A program made the translations under genes and the position numbers. From assembly GCF_015905305.1 (NCBI RefSeq), contig NZ_JADZLQ010000003.1:678201-742200 (forward strand): 64,000 bases of DNA, written 5' to 3'. This stretch comes from Pinirhizobacter soli (lineage in GTDB: Bacteria; Pseudomonadota; Gammaproteobacteria; Xanthomonadales; Rhodanobacteraceae). The notes beneath the pieces were generated by a model. That model worked only from the letters and a program-made list of their open reading frames with translations, was not told where the DNA came from and made no database searches. The stretch's first letter is position 1. Every line of letters begins with the position of its first letter. This document shows, in pieces, positions 9,794-18,961 of the stretch.

Positions 9794-10889
9794 GGCTTCT
9801 CCGAACATTCCGCTTGCAATCCCTTGCGAAGCGTGTCCGCAAATTAACCATCGCAACTATGCAAATGCATTGCACGAAGCCCATGATGCAGCGTCGAGAG
9901 CAAGACGCGGCGACATCATACTCATTACTGGGGCTACCGGTGTCGGCAAGTCTCGACTGGCCGAAGATCTCAAGGATCTGTTGGTCGGACCTCCCTCGTC
10001 ATGGCCAGCTGGGGTTGTTCCGCTAGTTCATGTTGCCATCGATGTGGATAGTCGGGGTGTGGCCATGACAAAAAGTATGGTGATCGAGATCAACCGTCAA
10101 CTCGGCAATCCGATTTGTATGTCACCTGCAGAGTTAGCTGGCACGGCGGCATCGAGTTTCTCCATTCGAACTCGAACAACCGAAGGCGGCATGCGCGATA
10201 GCTTCCGCTACCTTGTGCAAGCTAGGCGAACACGATACGTCATAATCGATGAAATCCAGCACGTGAATCCGAAGCAGCGTGCAGCTGCGAATGCAAGACT
10301 GGAGAGCATCAAGATGCTAGCTGGATGCTCGCCTGATAAGCCAATGCCCGGTTCGGTCGTGCTCATTCTTATCGGGCACTATAGCCTCCTCGAGCTGCTG
10401 ACGGCCAACCGACAGTTGGCTCGACGCGTCACTCCTGTTCGCATGCGCGTTTACGACAAGGGCTCGCTTGCTGATATGAAGCAATGGGACTTTATCCTTA
10501 AGGCACTAAACGCCCGCTATCCGATGGGAAAGAATGACCTGAGCGACTGGAACGATGTGCTCTACAAGATGTCATTGGGAAATATCGGCATCCTGGTAAA
10601 GATTCTCGATGATTCTAATTCAGGGCGAAGGCGCCTAGGGCAACCAGCGTTCGACGCGTCGCATCTCCGCTTTGGAGCGCCCTCCAAGAACGTTTATGAG
10701 GCATACGTTAAGGAGATGGAAGAGGCATGTGAAGCGCTCGCTGAAGGTGACTGGTCGAGTGACATTCGCTTGCTAGCGCGTCGCGGCGGTGGTGCGCCAG
10801 AAGAAGTTTTGAAGACCAAAGTGAAACGTACTGGGAGGATAGGCAAGCGGAAAAATGGGCCGCGTGATCGTGTAGGAAGGAGCTCATGA
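9771..10889 (+). CDS. TniB/TnsC-like AAA+ ATPase (transposition regulator).
   Basis: The ATG at 9771 is preceded by AGGAGGG. Walker A is ILITGATGVGKSRLA and Walker B is YVIIDEIQHV. The start overlaps the stop of the transposase fragment, and the stop overlaps the tniQ start (ATGA). Confidence 0.6.
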   Translation: MPELHKHKASPNIPLAIPCEACPQINHRNYANALHEAHDAASRARRGDIILITGATGVGKSRLAEDLKDLLVGPPSSWPAGVVPLVHVAIDVDSRGVAMTKSMVIEINRQLGNPICMSPAELAGTAASSFSIRTRTTEGGMRDSFRYLVQARRTRYVIIDEIQHVNPKQRAAANARLESIKMLAGCSPDKPMPGSVVLILIGHYSLLELLTANRQLARRVTPVRMRVYDKGSLADMKQWDFILKALNARYPMGKNDLSDWNDVLYKMSLGNIGILVKILDDSNSGRRRLGQPAFDASHLRFGAPSKNVYEAYVKEMEEACEALAEGDWSSDIRLLARRGGGAPEEVLKTKVKRTGRIGKRKNGPRDRVGRSS

Positions 10890-12181
10890 CTCCTTTGATG
10901 TACGTGCCGCCGCTATATCACGAAGAGTACGGCATCGAGTCGCTATGCTCGTACGTGATGCGCATGTCCCGCCTTTTTGGGATCTCGGCGGGGCAAATGC
11001 TTCGATTCATTTCCGAGTCCGGGTCTACACCCGGACGGTACGATCCCGACTTTGCGATACCCGAACGTTATCCGGTCCGTTTGGCGGGCTATTCGCCTGC
11101 TGCTAAGCGATTCGCTATGCGAATCGATTACGGCATGAAGTCGGGGGACGCCAAAAAGATGACCATGCTGAAGGTCGGTCCTGCTCTCGCCGCAAATTGC
11201 ATGGGCATGATCAACAAGACATCCATGTATTGTCCTCTTTGTATACCGTATATGCTCGAACAGTCAGGAGGCATTTACTGGACCCCGCTGATATGGAGCC
11301 TTATAACGGCGGTCCGTTGCACAATCCACAAGTGCGAGTTGGTGGCCAACCCCAAACCGTGGTTGGAGCCCGATATCGTCCGCCCGCGTCTATCGGGCCT
11401 TAAGGAGGATGCAATCGCGGATTGGAACGTGGCCGAGAGCGTTAAACTGGTGCGATATACGTCTGGCGATGAGCCAGACGCAGTACGAGCCGAGGCTGTT
11501 TCCGCATTTCTCGCTGCCCTACGGCCAAAATACGAAACACTGACGGGCAAAGGCTTTGAGGCCCTATTGGGAGTGAGCAAACCGAATTACGAGCGACTGG
11601 TCGATCGCGTTAATCGACCAAGTCTGTCGATTGTATTTCGGTTTGGTGCGGCCTGCGCTATAAGCCCGCTCGATATCCTGACGCTGGGCGCGGAAGCTCT
11701 TTGCGCTGAAGACATGTTCGATTTGTCTGCAGCGCCGCGGCCACCACCGCGGTTCATAAAGAAGCCCCGCGCGCCAGAGCGAACAAAAGCGGAAATCAGG
11801 AAGGTTCTTCAAAGGGCTCTGTCCGGCAACGTTGCACCGGCTTCTCTCAAAGAAATTGGTCGGACCTTCAATGTCACGCCTGGCTATATACGGTATGCAC
11901 TCCCGCTGGAATCTTCAGAATACGCGGCCAAGAGGGCGCAGCGTCTCAACGAACTAGCAGCGGACCGGGCAAGGTCCGCACTGAAGGCATGCGAACAGTA
12001 TATCGCGCGTTACGGAAGCCCAAGCAACGAGCGCGAGGCTGTGCGTGGGTTGATGGGTGAAACGGGACTTCCGAAACACATTCTGGCTGATGCGTTGGAC
12101 GGTCTGCTACGGCCGCAGCGAAGCGGCCGACGGCCCTCGGTGGGCGTACAGCGGAGTCGCTTGAAGCAACGCGTCGACTGA
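10886..12181 (+). CDS. TniQ/TnsD-family transposition target-selection protein.
   Basis: The TniQ-type N-terminus has a zinc finger CPLCIPYM...C..H.C. It is 431 aa and sits in an operon after the ATPase. Confidence 0.55.
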   Translation: MTPLMYVPPLYHEEYGIESLCSYVMRMSRLFGISAGQMLRFISESGSTPGRYDPDFAIPERYPVRLAGYSPAAKRFAMRIDYGMKSGDAKKMTMLKVGPALAANCMGMINKTSMYCPLCIPYMLEQSGGIYWTPLIWSLITAVRCTIHKCELVANPKPWLEPDIVRPRLSGLKEDAIADWNVAESVKLVRYTSGDEPDAVRAEAVSAFLAALRPKYETLTGKGFEALLGVSKPNYERLVDRVNRPSLSIVFRFGAACAISPLDILTLGAEALCAEDMFDLSAAPRPPPRFIKKPRAPERTKAEIRKVLQRALSGNVAPASLKEIGRTFNVTPGYIRYALPLESSEYAAKRAQRLNELAADRARSALKACEQYIARYGSPSNEREAVRGLMGETGLPKHILADALDGLLRPQRSGRRPSVGVQRSRLKQRVD

Positions 12182-12210
12182 ATTACGTGATGTTCTAGAG
12201 GTCCAAGGCC

Positions 12211-12501
12211 ATGAAACTGATCCTTTGTCCGTCGTGCGAAGATGTTTTCAAACTTGCGCTTGATATTCGACGATGTACCTGCGGAAAGTCATGGGGACGC
12301 TACCTGGCGGGCGGCATCGATGCCGAGATCAGCGCGACGGCAGTTCCAATTGGCTTCGCCAATTCAACGCTACTCCGCGCGATTCGCTCGCGGCCAGATC
12401 ACGGGCTTGGCGTTCAGTTCACTGCCTTCGTGATCGCTCGCGAATGTGAGTCGATCTCCGTGCGTGGAGTCAACGAAGAACCGGATACCAGCGGTGGATA
12501 A
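12211..12501 (+). CDS. Hypothetical small zinc-ribbon protein.
   Basis: The 96-aa ORF has CPSC...CTCGK Cys pairs. It lies in island cargo and has no recognisable family. Confidence 0.3.
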   Translation: MKLILCPSCEDVFKLALDIRRCTCGKSWGRYLAGGIDAEISATAVPIGFANSTLLRAIRSRPDHGLGVQFTAFVIARECESISVRGVNEEPDTSGG

Positions 12502-12812
12502 AGCTGCCGCTCTTTGCGAACACGACAATCTTTATGCTGAAGTCATCGCGCGCCGTATTGTTCGCTTTCCTAGGCATTGGACAGGTGCTCCAAGCTCGGG
12601 TGTGCGTACTGATCTGTCTTGCGGCTTCGGCTTGCTTTCTGATGTATTTTCCTGCGGCGCGCTACGTTAAATATCAAGCCACAGTAACCGCGGGGCCAGC
12701 GAGCCGCCGAGTACACCACCTAAAGCCTGGCAGCCCAAATACCTCTCGAAATTGGGCGCCGACGTATGGGTGTCTTCGCCTTCCCGTTGTCCGGAATCGG
12801 AGCTTCGGTAGA

Positions 12813-13091
12813 ATGGCTACTATGGCCATCCGTCTCGAACTCCTGCTGATTGAGAGCGTCAACCTGGTCCGAGCGGTCGGCGAGGGTGACCTTTCCGAGG
12901 CCCAATTTCGAGCCAGCCAGGTCGGCGACCTTGCATGGGCAGACGGTAACTCTGCTGTCGGCAACGCCGCAACGAACCTGGAAGCGGCACTTCGCGATGC
13001 GGATACCCTGCCAAGTGAGGCCTATGAAGATCTTCTGGCGTATCTGCTTGCCGAGCTGGACGTGGTTTTGAAGCCGCTGCGCCACCAGTAG
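12813..13091 (+). CDS. Hypothetical protein.
   Basis: The ATG at 12813 is the distal part of the track ORF 12534-13091 and gives 92 aa. The assignment is weak. Confidence 0.2.
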   Translation: MATMAIRLELLLIESVNLVRAVGEGDLSEAQFRASQVGDLAWADGNSAVGNAATNLEAALRDADTLPSEAYEDLLAYLLAELDVVLKPLRHQ

Positions 13092-13267
13092 GGCGTCGAA
13101 CGCGCATCAGCTCTTACGGGACAGCCCGGGAAGACAGACCAATCCGCACTTTGGTCTTCAACTAGGCACCTGCAGGAATCGCCTGATGGCGACAGCCTGT
13201 GGTCTCTTGTGGTGTCAGTCTTTGGAATGTGTAGCATTGACCGTGACCTCGTTCTCTCCCAGGCCTT

Positions 13268-14269
13268 ATGACTACAGAGCAGATTTTGCACGTCGACGTT
13301 AGTCCGCCGACCTCCTCATTACCCGATTTCCCGACTGTTAGCGACGAGCTCATGCGTGCTGTCGCCGAACTAGTAACGGCCAAATACGCCGCTGAGGCAG
13401 CTCGTCGAACGGAGGTCGGTCTTCTGCTCGATCGAGCTATTCCAGGTGCGAACTACAGCACGATCGATAGCTTTGCATTTGCCCGTGCTTGCCTCCCTTT
13501 CCTGGACCTTCCCTCTAATTCCGACATACCTCTGCGCGTTCCAGTGCGCTGCGTGATGGGTGAGAGTTGGAGGTGGCGACCAGAGCATGTGGATTCGGAG
13601 AATGCTGAGGCTCTAACCATGTTTTTTCTCGATGACGTACGAAGTCAGCGCGGTGCGAAAGAGTGTGCTTCCCAGTTCGCTTGGCCTGCGCTGGGACTAG
13701 TGATTGCTCACGAGGGGAAGAACCGCATTGCCTTCCTGCGCCAGATAGGGGCGGCCAGCATGCCTGCGTCAGTTACCTTGATCGACTACCCAGGTGCCGA
13801 GCGAATTTCCGCGTACAACGTCCATGTTCACGGCCGGGAGGAGGTCTGGGGCGTGCTCGACGATCGGTGGGTCGAGCCTATTCCCTTGTACTGGCTAGGT
13901 AGGGCTGTTTTGGCATCCTATGGCGTTGCGCCGTTGACCCCTTGGCCGCGGAACTTCCCTTCCCCAGAGATGATCGTGGACGCTTCCAACCCAAGCGCTG
14001 GTCGGCCCGACTTAGAACAAATCCTCGAGGATTTGCGACGAGGCGAAGAGAAGGTGGCGGTTGCGCTCTGCGACGTACCGCAAATGAAACCAAACCTTAT
14101 GCGCTGGGCGATTCTTTGGCTTGGGCTGTTTAGTTCGGCGGCAGTCCTCTACGGACTTGGGGACACTGCAAGTAAGGTGGCTTGTGTACTGATCGGGGCA
14201 GGAACCGGAGGGAGCATTTTCTGGCAGCTGCGGTGGTTCACTGCCCGACGAGCCTGGCTCAATACGTGA
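13268..14269 (+). CDS. Hypothetical protein with a C-terminal double TM anchor.
   Basis: The 333-aa ORF has an internal VIAHEGKNRIAFL stretch, faintly ParB/DGQHR-like. Its C-terminal end (WAILWLGLFSSAAVLYGL...VACVLIGAGTGGSIFW) is hydrophobic. Confidence 0.4.
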   Translation: MTTEQILHVDVSPPTSSLPDFPTVSDELMRAVAELVTAKYAAEAARRTEVGLLLDRAIPGANYSTIDSFAFARACLPFLDLPSNSDIPLRVPVRCVMGESWRWRPEHVDSENAEALTMFFLDDVRSQRGAKECASQFAWPALGLVIAHEGKNRIAFLRQIGAASMPASVTLIDYPGAERISAYNVHVHGREEVWGVLDDRWVEPIPLYWLGRAVLASYGVAPLTPWPRNFPSPEMIVDASNPSAGRPDLEQILEDLRRGEEKVAVALCDVPQMKPNLMRWAILWLGLFSSAAVLYGLGDTASKVACVLIGAGTGGSIFWQLRWFTARRAWLNT

Positions 14270-14344
14270 TCTGAGGTAAAGCTCATCCCGTCATCACCGC
14301 TTAGACAGTTTGGTATAGTCGAAACCCTGCAGACTTAGCAGTCG

Positions 14345-14372
14345 CCTTCCGGCGGCATCGGCAAGCGGAAGG
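14345..14372. terminator. Hairpin between convergent genes (CCTTCCG-N14-CGGAAGG), with no T-run.
   Basis: A 7-bp perfect inverted repeat lies between the 13268-14269 (+) gene and the 14402-15313 (-) gene. Confidence 0.2.
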
Positions 14373-14401
14373 ACGGACCGATGAATCCACAACCATGTGA
14401 C

Positions 14402-15313
14402 CTAGTCAACCGAAATGTCTTCTATTTCGCCGATCTTCTGAAATTCCTTCAGGTACTCGGGGCGATGACGTGCGAGCCAACCAACCACTAGTGCATTTGC
14501 GAGCCACTTGCTGAAGTGTCCCTTTACAATTGTTAGGTGAAGCACGTCCGGACCGTACGAATCTTCGACTGTGCTCGTTTGCATTTGCAACGCGGCCAGC
14601 TCCCGTTCCATACGGGCGATCGAACCGGCCGTAACGGCGTTCCCCGCAGTCGCCTTGCTTTCGAACGCCAGCATCGCGGGTGGTGTCGCGGCCAGCATTG
14701 CGTTCGCGAACTGCACGGAGAAATTTCTGTTGCCTACCATCAGTTCGGCCGCTTCGATCTGGCGAAGGGGCTTCATCTGGCGAAGGACGTCAAACACCTT
14801 GCCAGGACAGGGAGCATCGGCGAGCAGTCCGACGGCATCCTCACAGATCCCATTCAGTAGCCGGAATCGATGAAGAATGGTCTCGGCGGAAATCGCAAGC
14901 GACTTTGCGAGGCGCTCAGCGGATACGCCGCGCTCCATAGCACGGACGATCATTTTATGATCCTGAATGGCCGACAGGCGACTTACGCGCTTATTGTAAG
15001 TGTAGGTATCGTCATCGTCGCTAACGAGGCAATCGGCCTCATTCCAACCAAGATCGCGTAGAGCAACAAGTCGGAGATGGCCGTCTACAAGAAAGTACTG
15101 GCCCGGTTGCTTTGGTGCCTTTGTCACAACTGGCGCCTCGACGAGCCCGACTTCTTCAATTGACGCTAGGATCTGCTGATACTTAATGGTGCTCTTAATA
15201 CTGGGCCGCATTACTTTCAGCGGAAGAATGTTCGAAAGTGGAATTCGTACATGCGCCCCCGAGAAGTTGGTTTTGATACGCGGCCCATCGATAGCGGAAT
15301 TTTCTGTGCTCAT
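14402..15313 (-). CDS. ParB-like nuclease-domain protein (ParB/Srx superfamily).
   Basis: The 303-aa ORF carries the ParB N-domain motif YFLVDGHLRLVALRDLG and an HTH-like middle region (SAERLAKSLAISAETI). Confidence 0.6.
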   Translation of the reverse strand: MSTENSAIDGPRIKTNFSGAHVRIPLSNILPLKVMRPSIKSTIKYQQILASIEEVGLVEAPVVTKAPKQPGQYFLVDGHLRLVALRDLGWNEADCLVSDDDDTYTYNKRVSRLSAIQDHKMIVRAMERGVSAERLAKSLAISAETILHRFRLLNGICEDAVGLLADAPCPGKVFDVLRQMKPLRQIEAAELMVGNRNFSVQFANAMLAATPPAMLAFESKATAGNAVTAGSIARMERELAALQMQTSTVEDSYGPDVLHLTIVKGHFSKWLANALVVGWLARHRPEYLKEFQKIGEIEDISVD

Positions 15314-16206
15314 ACTTGCGCACCCTTGATTCGCTCTTCGATGAGCTTAGGAAGCGAATCGAGCTTCTCGTGCCGTAGTAAGTCAAGGAATTCGCTGTTA
15401 TCCAGCAGTTCTTTTATTGCCTGGATTGAAAAAACCAATCGGTCATGGACGAATGCCGCCTTCTTGATAACAAGTCGCTGCCGCTCAGCCTCTCGCTCGA
15501 ATATCCTTCGGATGTCGGCAGCCGTCAGTTGCTTGCGCTCTCGGGGGCCAGTTTTATCGGATGAGCCGATTTTAGGCCGCTTCTTAGCTCGGGCTTCTAG
15601 TAGTCGCCGTAGCCGGGTTAGCTTCTTGCCCCGAAAACCTTGTTCGTAGGCATCGGCGAGCATTCCTTGAATCTCGTTGCTGCTGCTCTTGGCGATCTCC
15701 GTCGCCATGCTGAGCGGAATCATATCGCCCTCGACGGCAGCGAGAAGTTTCTCCTCACCCCGCTCGATGAGATTTCCGACCAAGCTGACCCATGCGGAAC
15801 TCACTCCAATGATATTGGCTACTTCTTGGTCCGTATGACCTCGTTCCCGGAGTCGCCCAATCTCTCTCATGAAGTCAATGCCGGGATGAGATCGTCTCGC
15901 CACGTTCTCCACGAGGCTCATCACCAGGCAATCTTCTTCCGTCGCATCGATCACAACGGCAGGGACCGTTGTCTGCCCGAGAAGGGCTAACGCCTCGATC
16001 CTGCCTTGCCCACAAACCAGTTGGTAGGCGTGACCGGATGTCGACGGCGTGCGACTTACAGTGACGGGTCTCTTTAAGCCCGTCAGCCGTATGTTCTCCA
16101 CCAATTCGGTATGGACCCTCTTACTGCGAGAGCGGGGATTAAGGATATGGATATCTGATATCCGTATGTCTTGAACCTGGCCCTTGGGTGACGCAACTGC
16201 GTTCAT
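15310..16206 (-). CDS. ParB-like nuclease-domain protein, the second of a pair.
   Basis: The 298-aa ORF has YQLVCGQGRIEALALLG (ParB GxxR box) and an HTH (TDQEVANIIGVSSAWV). It shares a 4-bp overlap with the downstream ParB-like gene and is translationally coupled to the recombinase gene upstream. Confidence 0.6.
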   Translation of the reverse strand: MNAVASPKGQVQDIRISDIHILNPRSRSKRVHTELVENIRLTGLKRPVTVSRTPSTSGHAYQLVCGQGRIEALALLGQTTVPAVVIDATEEDCLVMSLVENVARRSHPGIDFMREIGRLRERGHTDQEVANIIGVSSAWVSLVGNLIERGEEKLLAAVEGDMIPLSMATEIAKSSSNEIQGMLADAYEQGFRGKKLTRLRRLLEARAKKRPKIGSSDKTGPRERKQLTAADIRRIFEREAERQRLVIKKAAFVHDRLVFSIQAIKELLDNSEFLDLLRHEKLDSLPKLIEERIKGAQV

Positions 16207-17768
16207 GCGGCCTCCCGCAGGTGAACCCGCGCAGCGAGTTCCCCCAGAATGTCGAGGTCATCGAATCTGTATCCATCAATGAACGGTGAATTTTCAAGTC
16301 CGACGTGTCGGGGCCACATAGCCATATCGAGGCGGGGTATGAGGTAATAGTCCCGGACTGCATCATTTGCCTCGTTCATTCGCACGGCCACAGTGATATC
16401 GGGGCGAAGCTCGACATCGAAGCGCACGTTCCAGCGCAATGACGCTGGGGGCTGCTGGAAACACCGAGCAAGAACGACCGACGCAGTCCATTCCTGATTG
16501 ACCGTGAGCAGGTCCGTGTCCGGATGCTGCCGCACACTTCCGTTGACCCTCAAGGCGCGCACGACTTCGTCGACCAGCTTAGGCCGACTCGCCCGAAGCT
16601 TCCGATTGACCTCAAGAAACCGAAAATCCCGCCCGCTGTCGTATCCGATTAGTGCATAGGCACGAACCAAGCCACCGAACCGCTGTCGGTATGACACACT
16701 GGACGGCATGTCTTCCTGTTCGTCGATGACAAGCCCAGAGAGAGCCTGCACCCGGTCGGCGAGGCGTCGAAGCAGTTCCAGCATCTGGTGATCTTGAAGG
16801 CGTATCGAACGATCGGCGATGATCTCTCGAACACGCAAAAATGCAGACGGCGAAACGATTCCCTCGAATGCACCGTCGCATCGCACCCAAGCTTCTGGCG
16901 GGTTATGTATGGTCGGCTTCTTTAGTTTTGCTGACGTCCGATTGTAGACGTTGTTTCCAATGTACTTTTCATTTGTCAGAACCTGATGGACAGTGCCACG
17001 TGACCAAGGCCGCTCGAAATCCGTAAGTATGCCCTCGTCGTTTAACTCGGCTGCTATCGAGTTCTCGCCAAGATGGCGGCTGAGGAACGCCTCGTAGATT
17101 CTGTGTACGATGGCAACTTCGTCGGAAGGGCCCGCGACCAACACAATCCGATCGGTCTGGATGCTTTTCTGTTGCCCCCTGACGAGAATACTTTTGAACG
17201 AGCGATTTTCGTCAATGAGCGCCCTGCGCAGACCAAATCCTGGCGCCCCGCCTTGATGGAAGCCGAGGCTTACCAGTCGACATTGCCCGGCAAAGACCTT
17301 TGCCGAGAGTTCCCGACTGTACTCCGCTGCCATGCTCCGCTTTACGCCTTTGACGATCGTCGCCAGAGGCGTGCCGTCGTTCTCAAAAGGCTCGGCACAG
17401 TAAATTACCCTCACGCCGGCTTTTGTACACAGGTACTCGTAGTGCGCCGACTCATCGGAGTTCTGAAAGCGCCCCCAACGGCTGATGTCAAATACTAGGA
17501 TGGCACTGAAGTTGAGCCTTCCGCCCTGGACGTCTCGCAGAAGTTGCTGCAATCCGAATCGACGGCCAATTTCAAGCCCACTCTTTCCGTCATCCTCGTA
17601 CGTACGGACCACGTCCATGCCGTGCTCGACTGCGTACTGCCGAATGGCCGCGGCCTGGTTCGCGGTAGAGTATTTTTGGTGGTCCGTGGACATGCGCACA
17701 TATTCGGCCACTTGAATCCGGCCAGTTGGCGCTGAACTTTCTGAAATAAGATGCGGTGCCATAGGCAC
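16203..17768 (-). CDS. Large serine recombinase.
   Basis: The resolvase catalytic N-domain reads VAEYVRMSTDHQKYSTANQ and is followed by recombinase and zinc-ribbon-type C-terminal extensions, 521 aa in total. Confidence 0.8.
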   Translation of the reverse strand: MPMAPHLISESSAPTGRIQVAEYVRMSTDHQKYSTANQAAAIRQYAVEHGMDVVRTYEDDGKSGLEIGRRFGLQQLLRDVQGGRLNFSAILVFDISRWGRFQNSDESAHYEYLCTKAGVRVIYCAEPFENDGTPLATIVKGVKRSMAAEYSRELSAKVFAGQCRLVSLGFHQGGAPGFGLRRALIDENRSFKSILVRGQQKSIQTDRIVLVAGPSDEVAIVHRIYEAFLSRHLGENSIAAELNDEGILTDFERPWSRGTVHQVLTNEKYIGNNVYNRTSAKLKKPTIHNPPEAWVRCDGAFEGIVSPSAFLRVREIIADRSIRLQDHQMLELLRRLADRVQALSGLVIDEQEDMPSSVSYRQRFGGLVRAYALIGYDSGRDFRFLEVNRKLRASRPKLVDEVVRALRVNGSVRQHPDTDLLTVNQEWTASVVLARCFQQPPASLRWNVRFDVELRPDITVAVRMNEANDAVRDYYLIPRLDMAMWPRHVGLENSPFIDGYRFDDLDILGELAARVHLREAA

Positions 17769-18006
17769 CTCGACGTACTAAATGGTCCCCCAGATCGGCG
17801 ACGCTACTCTGACTCGCACCCGGTGCTGTGACGCAGTACGCAAATCGAACTGTCTTGTGAACGGCAGTTCCAGCAGGCGCGGTGAACGACGTCGCCCGGG
17901 CAATGGTCATCGCGCCATCGATAGCGCACCTATGTAGCCACATATACGGGACTCTTCGGTCCCCTGCAATGCGCACTTCAAGTCTTAGTCGAGTAGTTGG
18001 CGGAGG

Positions 18007-18528
18007 TCAGCCCGCTGCCGACAACGCTCCTGCTAGCTTACTGCGGGGCCGGCGCGTTTTAGGCTTAATATGTTGTGCGTGCAGTTGCTGACGCACCTCC
18101 ATTAATAGCAGGCCCAACATATTCCGGCCCACTCCATTTACCTCTCCCCATAGGCGGTTCACTTCGTTGTCAACCGTTGCTGATTCCACCAATCGGGCCT
18201 CGCCAGTGCTTAGCAGGAGTTGCTTGAGATCCTCGTGCTGAGTGAACTTCGCAACCAGCACTCGGCGCATACGGTCGAACTTATTCGTCGACCAGCCGGG
18301 GGTGATATCCCAGTAATAGAGTCCATGCGCCGCCATGGCGAGTAGCGCCGGGGACGGTGCAGACAACAGCCAATCTCGAACAGCTGGCTTACGCGCTTTG
18401 CCCGCCTGGTAGGCGTGCTCGGAAGTTGGGTAAATCACGCCATCGAGTTCGATGGAGCGTTTATACAGGTTGCTAAACGCCCCATAGGGTTGCTCGTTTG
18501 CCCTGTAGAACCGGATTTCAGCGGCCAT
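18007..18528 (-). CDS. NADAR-domain protein (YbiA/DUF1768 family N-glycosidase-like).
   Basis: FYRANEQPYGAFSNLY...YPTSEHAYQAGK...WDITPGWSTNKF are NADAR hallmarks, in a 173-aa ORF. Confidence 0.65.
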   Translation of the reverse strand: MAAEIRFYRANEQPYGAFSNLYKRSIELDGVIYPTSEHAYQAGKARKPAVRDWLLSAPSPALLAMAAHGLYYWDITPGWSTNKFDRMRRVLVAKFTQHEDLKQLLLSTGEARLVESATVDNEVNRLWGEVNGVGRNMLGLLLMEVRQQLHAQHIKPKTRRPRSKLAGALSAAG

Positions 18529-18589
18529 ATTGCCCTCCTGTCGCTGTCAGCTTAAACTAATTTAAAATAACAATCAATGAATTCTAAAG

Positions 18590-18961
18590 TTGAAACGTCC
18601 TGGACGTCCACGCGCTGCTCGAGATGCCGAAGCCGCAGAAATGCAGGCGCGTTCGATCGAGGCTCTGCGCGCGAGAAAATTAAAAAAGAAGGACTTGGCG
18701 AAACGAATCGAACGCTCCGTGAGTGCGGTAGGGCACGCGCTTAGAGCTTCGCCTCCTCAAAAGTCGGACACGCTTCAAGATATTTTTAATTATTTCTTTC
18801 CGCCTCAAGATGAGGTGACCCTGGCCCTGCACGCGCGTCAGCTGGCTCTGCAGGCACCCGAAACGGCGGCCCTGCTGTCGGCGGTTTTTCGGGATTTGGC
18901 GGATCTGCTGGTTAGCGCCCCAGAGGTGGGACAGTTCAATCCGGACAAGCAGCGCAGCTGA
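18590..18961 (+). CDS. Possible small HTH regulator, XRE-like.
   Basis: The track ORF starts at TTG, and an internal ATG gives MQARSIEALRARKLKKKDLAKRIERSVSAVGHAL (helix-turn-helix-like). It is divergent from the NADAR gene across an AT-rich spacer, and its 3' end overlaps the PfkB gene 3' end by about 25 bp. Confidence 0.3.
   Translation: MKRPGRPRAARDAEAAEMQARSIEALRARKLKKKDLAKRIERSVSAVGHALRASPPQKSDTLQDIFNYFFPPQDEVTLALHARQLALQAPETAALLSAVFRDLADLLVSAPEVGQFNPDKQRS

Noticed and set aside
17769-18006. A possible DarT-like toxin gene next to the NADAR gene.
   Set aside because: The gap is only about 240 bp, and no ORF with a DarT-like (DUF4433) translation is visible on either strand.
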